64,000 nucleotides of DNA from Candidatus Zhuqueibacterota bacterium (GTDB taxonomy: Bacteria > Zhuqueibacterota > JdFR-76 > DREG01): contig JADFJB010000003.1 of the NCBI GenBank assembly GCA_022566355.1, positions 15,377 through 79,376 of the forward strand, given 5' to 3'. The notes beneath the pieces were generated by a model. That model saw only the letters and a list, made by a program, of their open reading frames with translations. It made no database searches and was not told the DNA's origin. Shown here in pieces: positions 18,167-27,729 of this stretch. The first letter of the stretch is position 1. Every line of letters starts with the position of its first letter. A program made the position numbers and the translations under genes.

Positions 18167-18706
18167 GTGAATATCTTAGTCGGTTCTCTCAATCCGGTAA
18201 AAATTGATGCTGTAAAAATTTCCTTCTCAACCTATTTTCCGGATATAACGGTTAGTGGTATTGAGGTTTTTTCAAATGTTGCGGGTCAACCGGTAGATTC
18301 GGATACCTTCCTTGGCGCCCAAAATCGTGCAAAAGCATTACAAAAAATAGATACTGAACAAAATCTTAAAGCCCGATTTTTTGTTGGAATCGAAGGAGGT
18401 ATTCAGGAAATCTTTTCAAAATGGTTTGCTTTCGGTTGCATGTGTATTATGGATCGGGAAGGCAAAATTGGATTTGGCACCTCTCCCCAGTTTGAACTTC
18501 CTATGGTCATTGTCGAGCGTTTACTGAACGGTGAAGAACTCGGTGACGTTATAGATGATCTCACCGGATTGAAAAACACAAAACAAAAACAAGGGGCAAT
18601 TGGATATTTAACACAGGGTGTTTTGGATCGCAAGAATATTTATGTCCAGGGATTACATATGGCTCTCATCCCATTTTTAAATCCAGGTCTTTTCAATTCC
18701 AAGTAA
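18167..18706 (+). CDS. yjjX: Inosine/xanthosine triphosphatase
   Basis: VGSLNPVKIDAV, GAQNRA, VGIEGG, GEELGDV, KQKQGAIGYLT. Confidence 0.85.
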   Translation: MNILVGSLNPVKIDAVKISFSTYFPDITVSGIEVFSNVAGQPVDSDTFLGAQNRAKALQKIDTEQNLKARFFVGIEGGIQEIFSKWFAFGCMCIMDREGKIGFGTSPQFELPMVIVERLLNGEELGDVIDDLTGLKNTKQKQGAIGYLTQGVLDRKNIYVQGLHMALIPFLNPGLFNSK

Positions 18707-18781
18707 TCGGTTATTTTCTGAAATTCGAAATTAGAATTTATTATTGGCAATGATGTTCTTTTTATAGATATTTAAAATTTA

Positions 18782-18954
18782 TTAATTAGTGTCTGAACGA
18801 AAAGCATCCATTCTGTCATTCCCGCATGCTTTTAGCGGGAATCTACCTGCTTGAAATGATTAGATTTCGGCTCAAGCTTGTCCCTGCATGTTTTTAGCAG
18901 GGAAGATTACCGGAATAACACTAGTTGTCGAGTTTTCGTTCAGACACTAATTAA
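18782..18954. mobile_element. MITE-like element with perfect 22-bp terminal inverted repeats
   Basis: TTAATTAGTGTCTGAACGAAAA ... TTTTCGTTCAGACACTAATTAA; internal hairpin GTCATTCCCGCATGCTTTTAGCGGGAAT. Confidence 0.8.
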
Positions 18955-18993
18955 GAAACGAATTCAGTTCTATCGAAATATCAGGAGGTGAAA

Positions 18994-19198
18994 ATGGCAG
19001 ACCAGGTGTAATTCAGTATCCCACCTCGCAGTCTGGCTCGCGCAGATGTTGAATTTCAGAGAAAACGGAACTTTGATGGGAACATTACAAATTTCAAAAG
19101 GATCGTTGGTGTGGTTTCCGGCAAAAACGACTTATGGCCATAAGATGGAATGGGGTAAATTTGCGAAGATCATGCAACAGGAGACTGCATTGATTTGA
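18994..19198 (+). pseudogene. Decayed small hypothetical gene
   Basis: Strong RBS AGGAGGTG then MADQV*FSIPPRSLARADVEFQ / ENGTLMGTLQISKGSLVWFPAKTTYGHKMEWGKFAKIMQQ, with an early stop and a frameshift. Confidence 0.5.
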
Positions 19199-19227
19199 GC
19201 AGAGATGACAAACCAAGAGATTGTGGT

Positions 19228-19956
19228 ATGATTGAAGTCAAGAACTTAAGTAAAGTTTTCAAGGATCGAAAAAAAGGAGATGTTTGGGCCTTAAATGATG
19301 TGTCGTTTAGTATTGGGCAAGGGGAGATTTTCGCATTATTGGGGCCAAACGGTGCAGGCAAAACCACGACTTTACGAATTTTATCTACCCTAATCGAACC
19401 CACTTCCGGTGAAGCACATATTCAACAATTTTCAATTAAGAACAATAAAGAAGATATACGCAAACTCATTGGAGTTGTCTCCTATGAAACCGGTGTTTAT
19501 GAAAAAATGACACCTAGGGAAATCGGGTTATTCTTTGGCAGGTTGAATGATCTTACAGATGAACAAATCGAAAAGAATCTTGAATACATTTTCCAATTGC
19601 TCCGCATGAAAGACTTTTGCGATCATCGTACGGATAATTTTTCTTCAGGCATGAAACAAAAGACTGTCATTATGCGAGCACTGGTGACTAATCCTCAAAT
19701 TCTCATATTCGATGAACCAACCGCCGGACTTGATTTATTGACTGCAAAAAATGTGACGGATTATATCAGGCTCTTGAGAGATGATGGCAAAACCATTTTG
19801 TTTTCGACCCATATTTTATGGGAAGCCGAAAGATTGGCCGACAGGATTGCCATTATTCATAAAGGAAAAATTGTAGAAAATGGCACGCTTACTGAGCTGC
19901 GTCAAAAAACCGGAAAAACAGATATTGAAGAAATTTTCTTTTCTATTGTGGATTGA
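19228..19956 (+). CDS. ABC exporter ATP-binding subunit (NatA-like)
   Basis: GPNGAGKTT, FSSGMKQK, ILIFDEPTAGLD, FSTH. Confidence 0.9.
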   Translation: MIEVKNLSKVFKDRKKGDVWALNDVSFSIGQGEIFALLGPNGAGKTTTLRILSTLIEPTSGEAHIQQFSIKNNKEDIRKLIGVVSYETGVYEKMTPREIGLFFGRLNDLTDEQIEKNLEYIFQLLRMKDFCDHRTDNFSSGMKQKTVIMRALVTNPQILIFDEPTAGLDLLTAKNVTDYIRLLRDDGKTILFSTHILWEAERLADRIAIIHKGKIVENGTLTELRQKTGKTDIEEIFFSIVD

Positions 19957-19967
19957 GCGTGGGGCAG

Positions 19968-20048
19968 CAAAAGTAAAAAGTAAAAAGTAAAAAGTAAAAA
20001 GGAAAAAGACAAAGGGCAAAAGGCAAATAGACATGAGACATGAGACAG
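19968..20048. repeat. Heptamer tandem repeats
   Basis: (AAAAGTA)x4, then AAAGGGC/AAAAGGC and (AGACATG)x2. Confidence 0.8.
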
Positions 20049-20064
20049 GGTTATATAAATTAAA

Positions 20065-21195
20065 ATGAGAAATAAAGCAATTCTGGTTTATTCAAGAGAG
20101 ATGAAAGTGATGTTCCGGGATCGTAGGTTGATTTTGGGTGTGGTAATTGTGTCTTTGGTTGTGATGCCTTTTCTGATGGGACTAATTGGAAATTTAGATA
20201 AAATTGTCGGATCTGATGATACACCTGTTGATGTCTTGGTTTTTGTCAATGAACCGCCAGTTATTGATCTGTTGCAAGATTTGGATAATGTTAGAGTTTT
20301 AACCAGGGAAAATTTGATGCATGATTTATCCGAATCCTATTTGATTATAACAAAAGAAAACAAAACTTACAAAATCGAATATGATTCCATAGACAGAAGA
20401 ATCGCAAGAGTGGCATTAGAAATCCGTAATCGATTTGAAAACTGGCGGGATAGAGCTGTTACGGAAGCACTTTCAAAAAATGGAATTTCTCCTGATATAT
20501 TAAATCCTTTTTTGATCGAAATGGTAGATTCTTCTGATGAAGAACAAAAATCTGCCTTTGCATTAGGACTATTGGTGCCTTATTTGGTAATCATTTTATT
20601 GGTGGCAAATTCCATTCGGGCAATTTATATCGCAGTGGGAGAAAAACAACACAATACGATTGCTTCTCTTTTGGTGTCCACAACGCCACGTCATTCGATT
20701 GTAATTGGTAAGAGTCTCGCCATAATGACATTCTCGATTATTGCATCTGTTCTTCTCATTATTGGGATGGTGTTATTTGCAAATTTCGGATTTTCGATTT
20801 CCAGCTCGCTCTCCGATGTTCGGTATTCAATGTCTTTAGCACAAATGGGCGAATTGCTGGTCAATATTATGTCGGTTGCCTTGTTTGTATCTTCGGTAAT
20901 TATGTTCTTAGGAACTTTGGCCAGAAACTCCAGGGAAGCCGGAATTTACACGTCGCCATTGATTTACATTTCGATTGTTTTAGCGGTGTTTTCGATGTCA
21001 AGTTCAAATTTTAGCACGAAGGTGTATGCCATTCCAATTTTGGGCAATGTTTTGGCGATGAGGGATTCTTTTCTCAATTCTCTTTCATGGATCGATCTTT
21101 TGCTGCCCATTTTATCCAATTTAGTTTTATTTTCATTGTTTCTCTGGGGCTCGATTAAATTATATAATAAAGAGACAGTTTTGTTTAGAAACTGA
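20065..21195 (+). CDS. ABC-2 type permease (NatB-like)
   Basis: N-terminal TM, extracytoplasmic loop, AVGEKQHNTIASLLVST..IVIGK, several C-terminal TMs. Confidence 0.85.
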   Translation: MRNKAILVYSREMKVMFRDRRLILGVVIVSLVVMPFLMGLIGNLDKIVGSDDTPVDVLVFVNEPPVIDLLQDLDNVRVLTRENLMHDLSESYLIITKENKTYKIEYDSIDRRIARVALEIRNRFENWRDRAVTEALSKNGISPDILNPFLIEMVDSSDEEQKSAFALGLLVPYLVIILLVANSIRAIYIAVGEKQHNTIASLLVSTTPRHSIVIGKSLAIMTFSIIASVLLIIGMVLFANFGFSISSSLSDVRYSMSLAQMGELLVNIMSVALFVSSVIMFLGTLARNSREAGIYTSPLIYISIVLAVFSMSSSNFSTKVYAIPILGNVLAMRDSFLNSLSWIDLLLPILSNLVLFSLFLWGSIKLYNKETVLFRN

Positions 21196-21447
21196 AAAGG
21201 AATGCATCCTTTTGAAAGGATGTAATCCATAATAAATAATAATTTACAAGGTGACAAAGGCACAAAGTAACAAAGGTACAATGAAAAGTAATAAAATGTG
21301 AAACGGCAAACAAAAAGATGAAGTTACAGAAAATTGGCTTAGTTTGGTTAGATTTAGTAGTAGATATCTAGTTAAATTTCAATATTATTATTGATATAAC
21401 TCAGGATTTAACCTGGTTGATTTTTTAAAACAGTTTTAGGAAAACTA

Positions 21448-21852
21448 GTGGGAATCTCAAATCAAAAAAAACAGGAACGCCCAAGCGGCCTAACCATTAT
21501 CGCCATTTGGTATATCTTTTTTGCAGTTTATAATTTAATTAGTGCATTTGGCTTTACCGCCGGCGTCTTTGGAATGTGGACAAGAGCAGAAGAATATACG
21601 GATCAATTAAACTTTGGTGTTCTTCTAACGACATTTGAAATATTGGCTACATTATTCTATGGCGGTGCAAGCGCAATTGTTGGTTTTGGCTTATGGACAT
21701 TAAAGAGTTGGGCGTGGAATGCCGGAGTTATCTTTGGAATTTTAATGCTGCCTGGAATACCGGTCGGGACTTTTATTGGTGCGGTAACCGTGGTTTATTT
21801 ATTAAAAAGTCAGCCCGCTAAGGAAGCGCTCACTAAAAAAACGAATCCCTAG
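21448..21852 (+). CDS. Small membrane protein
   Basis: RPSGLTIIA, about 4 TM segments, GFGLWTLKSWAW, IPVGTFIG. Confidence 0.7.
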   Translation: MGISNQKKQERPSGLTIIAIWYIFFAVYNLISAFGFTAGVFGMWTRAEEYTDQLNFGVLLTTFEILATLFYGGASAIVGFGLWTLKSWAWNAGVIFGILMLPGIPVGTFIGAVTVVYLLKSQPAKEALTKKTNP

Positions 21853-23009
21853 ATTCTATTAAATCCACGCTCCAGGTCATTGATTAAGTCTTCAACATCT
21901 TCAATTCCAACCGAAATACGAATTAGCCCATCGTTTAAACCGATTCTTTTTCTCTCATCCGTTGGAATCGACGCATGTGTCATCAGGGCAGGAAGTTCGA
22001 TAAGTGATTCGACACCGCCCAAACTTTCTGCAATGGCATGATAATGCAAACTTTCCACAAATGTTTTAGCCATTTGCAAATCGCCATCCAATTCGAAAGA
22101 AAGCATTCCGCCAAATCCGTTCATTTGTGTTTTCGCTAGTTCATATTGGGGATGGTTTTCCAAGCCCGGGTAAAAAACCTTCAATACTTTTGGATGTGAT
22201 TGCAGAAACCTGGCAATAGTTAATGCGTTTTTTTCATGCTGGCGCATGCGAATCGCCAGGGTTTTTAGTCCGCGTAAAATTAAATAGCTGTCAAATGGAG
22301 ATAACACGAAACCTGCAGCATTTTGCATGAACTTCAATTTTTGGTGGATTTTATCATCCGAAAGCATAATTGCACCTCCGACCGAATCACAATGGCCATT
22401 CAGATATTTGGTAGTACTGTGCAACGAAATGGTAGCGCCAAGGGCAAGTGGCTGTTGAAAATATGAGCTCACAAAAGTGTTATCAACCACGACTATGATG
22501 TCATTTTGTTTGGCTATTTCCGAAATCTTTTGGATATCGCAGATTTTGAGTAAAGGATTGGTCGGTGTTTCCAGCCAGATTAATTTGGTATTGGGTTGGA
22601 TAGCATTGGCTACTTCATCAGGATTACGAGCGTCTACAAAGGTTGATTCGATATTGAATTTGTCTTGAAAAACCTGGGTTAATAATCGTCGTGTACCTCC
22701 GTAAAGATCATCGAATGCAACAATATGATCGCCTGATTTTGTTAAGCTTAACAAAATCGCAGTTTCCGCACCCAATCCCGATGAAAAAGCCAATCCGTAT
22801 TTAGCATTTTCCAGAGCTGCGAGTCTCAACTGTAATGCGGTGCGAGTGGGATTATCCGTTCGGCTATATTCATATCCGGCAGTAGGTTTGTCGACCTCTT
22901 TCCTGGCGAACGTTGAACTTAAATGGATCGGAATGGCAACATCCCCGGTGCCCCCATCACGAAAATTGGGTTCTTCACCAATATGAATTGCTCGAGTCTC
23001 GAATTTCAT
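21849..23009 (-). CDS. Cystathionine gamma-lyase/synthase (Cys/Met PLP family)
   Basis: YEYSRTDNPT, DDLYGGT, WLETPTNP, VDNTF, HSTTKYLNGH, AESLGGVESL. ATG 23009 preferred (MKFETRAIH). Confidence 0.92.
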   Translation of the reverse strand: MKFETRAIHIGEEPNFRDGGTGDVAIPIHLSSTFARKEVDKPTAGYEYSRTDNPTRTALQLRLAALENAKYGLAFSSGLGAETAILLSLTKSGDHIVAFDDLYGGTRRLLTQVFQDKFNIESTFVDARNPDEVANAIQPNTKLIWLETPTNPLLKICDIQKISEIAKQNDIIVVVDNTFVSSYFQQPLALGATISLHSTTKYLNGHCDSVGGAIMLSDDKIHQKLKFMQNAAGFVLSPFDSYLILRGLKTLAIRMRQHEKNALTIARFLQSHPKVLKVFYPGLENHPQYELAKTQMNGFGGMLSFELDGDLQMAKTFVESLHYHAIAESLGGVESLIELPALMTHASIPTDERKRIGLNDGLIRISVGIEDVEDLINDLERGFNRI

Positions 23010-23135
23010 GGGATCACCTTCAATAAATACATATGGCACAATTTATAGTTATAAATTGTGAGAGATTTGGTTATCAAAAACAGTAGTTTCAATTAAAATA
23101 GGTATGTGGATTTTTTATGAGGTTGGATGGAAACA

Positions 23136-24107
23136 TTACATATAGCCGTTTGTTTGCATCCAATTGTCATTGTATATTTTACTTAAATAACGATTCCCTG
23201 AATCCGGCAGGATGACCACAATATTCTTTGGCTCTGCTGATTTTTTTGCAACCTCAATTGCCGCCCAAAGATTACTGCCACTTGAACCACCTGCAAACAA
23301 TCCTTCTTCACTCGACAACCTTCTTGTCATTTGAAAGGAACACTTATCATTCACTTGAATAATGTCATCAATCACTTCAAAATCAACTGCCTTCACCAGG
23401 TAATCCTCGCCAATTCCTTCTACTTGATAGACATGCGGTTGCGGAAGTGTGCCGGTTTTAAAATAATCATAAAATACTGAGCCAATTGGATCTACGGCAA
23501 TAATCTGAATCTCAGGATTCTTTTCTTTTAAAAAGCGTCCTGCTCCACTCAAAGTTCCACCAGTACCAATTCCAGCAACTAAGATATCTAGATTTCCATC
23601 GGTTTGTTGCCAGATTTCGGGCCCTGTGGAGTAATAATGAGCATCGATATTTTTGGGATTGTTGTATTGATCCGGGTAATAGGAATTGGGAGTTTCCTGC
23701 GCGATTCTCCTCGCAACACTATAATAACTTTCCGGTGAATCCGCGGGAACATCTGTTGGAGTAACAACGACTTCAGCACCAAATGCCTGCATAAGATTCT
23801 TCTTTTCATCACTCATTTTATCCGGCATTGTGATGATGCATTTGTATCCTTTCACCGCTGCGATCATTGCCAGAGCACTGCCGGTATTGCCGGATGAATT
23901 CTCTACGATTGTTCCTCCGGGTTTAAGAAGTCCGTGTTTTTCGGCATCTTCTATCATATAGATTGCCATGCGATCCTTTATACTTCCGGATGGATTCACA
24001 TATTCGACTTTAGCAAATATTTTACTTGATAGATTCTTAGTTATTTTTTGAATTTCTACAAGTGGTGTATTACCGATATGTTCCAGGACATCTTTTTTAA
24101 TTTCCAA
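23136..24107 (-). CDS. Cystathionine beta-synthase / cysteine synthase family
   Basis: IGNTPLV, NPSGSIKDR, SSGNTG, DQYNNP, GIGTGGT, YQVEGIGED, LPDSGNRYLSK; no CBS regulatory domains. Confidence 0.92.
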   Translation of the reverse strand: MEIKKDVLEHIGNTPLVEIQKITKNLSSKIFAKVEYVNPSGSIKDRMAIYMIEDAEKHGLLKPGGTIVENSSGNTGSALAMIAAVKGYKCIITMPDKMSDEKKNLMQAFGAEVVVTPTDVPADSPESYYSVARRIAQETPNSYYPDQYNNPKNIDAHYYSTGPEIWQQTDGNLDILVAGIGTGGTLSGAGRFLKEKNPEIQIIAVDPIGSVFYDYFKTGTLPQPHVYQVEGIGEDYLVKAVDFEVIDDIIQVNDKCSFQMTRRLSSEEGLFAGGSSGSNLWAAIEVAKKSAEPKNIVVILPDSGNRYLSKIYNDNWMQTNGYM

Positions 24108-24273
24108 ATATATTCCTTTTTATAAATTTTAAGGGCATTTAATATTATCGAGATTTTCAGGATATTATCAAGTATAAATAATTTTAATAGCTTTTTTTGA
24201 ATCTTGAATTGAACGAAATTGAGGATTATTGAGTTTAGTCATTTAATTCAAAAAGATATTCGACAAAATCTCG

Positions 24274-24302
24274 TTGCTTTTCATGACACTTAGGTTTACT
24301 TT
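24274..24302 (+). promoter_or_regulatory. Putative sigma70 promoter
   Basis: TTGCTT-N17-TACTTT upstream of the beta-barrel gene. Confidence 0.4.
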
Positions 24303-24313
24303 TAAAAAAAACC

Positions 24314-25111
24314 ATGATAAATTTTAGGATATTTGATATGAATCCCAGAAAATCTCTCCAGTCTGTAAAAAATTCAATTTATTTGATTCTAATTTTTTGT
24401 TTGTCTATTCAATTCCAAACTGAGCTTGGAGCAACTCCTAATGAGGGCGGCAATATCAAATTTGGTGTTGCTTTTCTAATGGGATTTCCACAATCTGAAT
24501 TTGCCGATAATGTTGAAAACAACGGGTATGGTCTCAATGTCAATTTTGATTATACATTTCCCCAAAGTCCTTTTGCTATCGGCTTGAGCGGAGGATTTTT
24601 AATTTATGGACAGGAAACCCGGCGTGAGCCTTTTAGCTTAACCATTCCGGATGTTACGGTTGAAGTAACAAGAAGCAATAATATTGTGCCGATTAATCTT
24701 TACTTCAGGGTTGTTCCCATCGCTGGCGCTGTATTACCATATGTAGAAGGTTTATTTGGCTTGAATTATCTTTTCACAGAAACATCCATAAAAGATGTTG
24801 ATGCATTTGATGAGGACATTGCCTCATCCAAGAATTTGGAAGATGTGTCGTTTAGTTATGGGGTAGGCGGCGGTTTTATGTTTAGGGTTTATCAACAGAA
24901 CAAAAACCAGGGACGGACCAGGTCTGATGATGATGACAATAAAGTGAGCTCTGTTTATATCAACCTGGGATTAAGCTATAGGAAAGGCGGAGAAGCGGAA
25001 TATTTGACTAAAGGATCGATAACGATTGACGATGGCATTGTAACTTATGATGCTCGCGAATCCAAGACAGATATTATGATGCTAAAGATTGGAGTAGTAA
25101 TAGCGTTTTAG
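24314..25111 (+). CDS. Outer-membrane beta-barrel protein
   Basis: Signal peptide, amphipathic strands (PYVEGLFGLNYL, SYGVGGG), C-terminal Phe. Confidence 0.75.
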   Translation: MINFRIFDMNPRKSLQSVKNSIYLILIFCLSIQFQTELGATPNEGGNIKFGVAFLMGFPQSEFADNVENNGYGLNVNFDYTFPQSPFAIGLSGGFLIYGQETRREPFSLTIPDVTVEVTRSNNIVPINLYFRVVPIAGAVLPYVEGLFGLNYLFTETSIKDVDAFDEDIASSKNLEDVSFSYGVGGGFMFRVYQQNKNQGRTRSDDDDNKVSSVYINLGLSYRKGGEAEYLTKGSITIDDGIVTYDARESKTDIMMLKIGVVIAF

Positions 25112-25417
25112 AAAAAAACATTATTTAGCGATAGCTCGTTAATAATCCTAAGTAATGTAGGGGCGGTTATGATTTTTCCCATAGTAAATTAACATTGCAC
25201 AATAGCACTGTCTCCAATTATTTTAAGAAAATGTAATAATCTACTTGTGTCCTTACTTTTGAAACCATATATTAACGGATTCAAATGAACAGACATAGAG
25301 CTTCTTCAAACGCTCAATTTGAATTTGATTCAAAATCAAGATTAACATTTTCATGTTATGAATTACAATTTACTAGTTTACAATATTTTCTATAGAAACT
25401 GTTAGGAAGGGATTTCT

Positions 25418-26968
25418 ATGAAGAAACTTCGTATTGGTATTATCGATCTCGTTACCAAGGGACCTACAAAAGCATTGTGGGGGCGCGTTATGAACCCCAA
25501 TTTTGCCAGCATTATGCCCCAGGTGCTTGCCAAGTGGTGTGAAGATAGTGGCCATGACGTGAAGCTCGTGTGTTATACCGGTTTTGAGAATTTGACCGAA
25601 GAGTTACCGGATAAAGTTGATATCGTTTTTATTGGCGCTTTTACGCAAGCTGCACAATTAGCCTATTCTTTGAGTAATCTATTTCGCTCAAAGGGAGCAA
25701 TTACCGTACTGGGTGGTCCCCATGCCCGTTGTTATCCACAGGACGCACAAAAATACTTCGACTATGTTCTGGGATTTACAGATAAGTCAATCGTCAATGA
25801 AGTTTTACAAGATTGCTCACAAAATCGGCCAATGGGTGTTTATCTAGAGGCTTCGCAACAACCACAAACACTGCCCGGCGTAAAAGAGCGCTGGAAATAT
25901 ATAGAGCAGACGCTCGATAAAGCCCCATTTATCAAGATTGTTCCGATGATTGGAAGTTTGGGTTGTCCTTATACTTGCAGCTTTTGTATCGATTCGATAG
26001 TACCTTATCAAACCTTAGATTTTGATGTGATCAAGGAAGATTTGCGGTTTCTGTTAACTAAGTTTAAACGGCCGATCGTTGGATGGCATGATCCAAACTT
26101 TGGGATTCGGTTCGATGATTATATGGGTGCGATTGAAGAAGCCATACCCCCCGACAGTATTGATTTTATAGCGGAAAGCAGTTTGTCGCTTTTGTCTGAA
26201 CCCCATATGCAAAGGTTACAAAAAAATGGATTTAAAGCACTTTTGCCTGGCATTGAATCCTGGTATGATATGGGAAACAAATCGAAAACCGGTAAATTGA
26301 TGGGATTGGATAAACTCAATAAAATCTCGGATCATGTTAATATGCTATTAAGGTATGCTCCCTATATTCAGGCCAATTTTGTGCTCGGACTTGACGTTGA
26401 CGAGGGACCGGATCCGTTTGAACTTACCAAACAATTTTTAGATAGGTCACCGGGCGCTTTCCCAGCGTATTCCCTGCTTTCGGCTTTTGGAAAAGCAGCG
26501 CCTCTCAACCTCGACTACCAGAGAGAAAACCGGGTCCTACCCTTCCCATTCATTTTTCTCAACAATAATCATGCAATGAATGTAAAACCGAAAAACTATG
26601 AATGGCCTGAATTCTACGATTACGTGATTGATGTTACCAGGCATGCATTTTCCTGGCCTCGGATTTATAAACGGTTCAAAGCTGCACGCGGCTATATTCC
26701 AAAATGGATGAACTTTGTCAGGGCAGTGTCGTCTGAAGGATTTGGCAGAATAAAATACTACTCGAAAGTACGCCAATTGCTGGACGAAGACCGGCAGTTT
26801 CGCAGCTATTTCGAACAAGAGACTACCGTTCTGCCAAAATTTTACATGGATCAGGTAAAAGTATCATTAGGCCCATTATTTGAATGGCTGCCGGAAGGCG
26901 CTTTGTTTCATGATCCCCATGCCTATCTGAAATCAGAAGAAGAATTGGCTGTTAGAAAAAGGGCTTAG
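25418..26968 (+). CDS. B12-binding-domain radical SAM protein
   Basis: VLGGPHA cobalamin-domain motif, GCPYTCSFC, GIES, FVLGLD. Confidence 0.85.
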   Translation: MKKLRIGIIDLVTKGPTKALWGRVMNPNFASIMPQVLAKWCEDSGHDVKLVCYTGFENLTEELPDKVDIVFIGAFTQAAQLAYSLSNLFRSKGAITVLGGPHARCYPQDAQKYFDYVLGFTDKSIVNEVLQDCSQNRPMGVYLEASQQPQTLPGVKERWKYIEQTLDKAPFIKIVPMIGSLGCPYTCSFCIDSIVPYQTLDFDVIKEDLRFLLTKFKRPIVGWHDPNFGIRFDDYMGAIEEAIPPDSIDFIAESSLSLLSEPHMQRLQKNGFKALLPGIESWYDMGNKSKTGKLMGLDKLNKISDHVNMLLRYAPYIQANFVLGLDVDEGPDPFELTKQFLDRSPGAFPAYSLLSAFGKAAPLNLDYQRENRVLPFPFIFLNNNHAMNVKPKNYEWPEFYDYVIDVTRHAFSWPRIYKRFKAARGYIPKWMNFVRAVSSEGFGRIKYYSKVRQLLDEDRQFRSYFEQETTVLPKFYMDQVKVSLGPLFEWLPEGALFHDPHAYLKSEEELAVRKRA

Positions 26969-27130
26969 TGGAATTATAAGTCGTTAGTAATTCCCTGTGC
27001 AAGTTATTGGTCTAAGAATTATGTAAATGGCCAACTAAATTTCAATCAATATGAATACTAAATATAACTGATTGAATTTGCAGAAAAGGAAATTAGGGGT
27101 GCGAGTAACCCATTGGAGAGGGCTGGGTAC

Positions 27131-27175
27131 ATGGTTGGTAAAAAAATATCACATTATCGAATTTCTGGTGGATAA
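27131..27175 (+). pseudogene. N-terminal stub of a Ser/Thr kinase gene
   Basis: MVGKKISHYRISGG* compared with MIGKTISHYKI at 27730. Confidence 0.6.
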
Positions 27176-27191
27176 GATAGGGTTATTGTAA

Positions 27192-27729
27192 ATGAGCCAA
27201 CCGATTGTACATCATCGTAAATCTATTAGATTGCAAGAATATGATTACGGGCAAGCAGGGGCTTATTATATAACAATTTGTACCTATGACAAAAAATGTA
27301 TCTTCGGGACTATTACTGATGGACAAATGCTTCTGAGCGAATTTGGGCAAATTATGGAGGATTGCTGGAAAACAATTCCCAAGCATTTTGATTTTGTTCT
27401 GTTAGATGTGTATAGTATCATGCCAAATCATTTACATGGAATTTTAATAATAGTAGGCGACGCATGCGTCGCCCCTACTAAAATTACAAAATTCGATGAG
27501 ACCAGCAGGACCTCAATCTCGGTCATTGGGTGCAATTATAGGTTCATTTAAATCTGCAACAACAAAACAAATTAATGAATTACGTGACACTCCTGGTTAC
27601 CAAGTTTGGCAACGAAATTATTATGATCATATAATCCGTACAAAAAGATCTTTACAGCACATCCGGAAATATATCTTCAATAATCCACTAAACTGGAATT
27701 TGGATGAAGAAAACCCTGGGAAAGCTTAA
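27192..27729 (+). mobile_element. REP-associated tyrosine transposase (RAYT/Y1 HUH), frameshifted
   Basis: HRKSIRLQEYDY..GAYYITICT, IMPNHLHGI (HUH), SLGAIIGSFKS, WQRNYYDHIIR, YIFNNP, split over ORFs 27192..27551 and 27496..27729. Confidence 0.88.
27453..27478. repeat. GTAG-type REP hairpin inside the transposase gene
   Basis: GTAGGCGACGCATGCGTCGCCCCTAC, two G short of a perfect palindrome. Confidence 0.8.
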
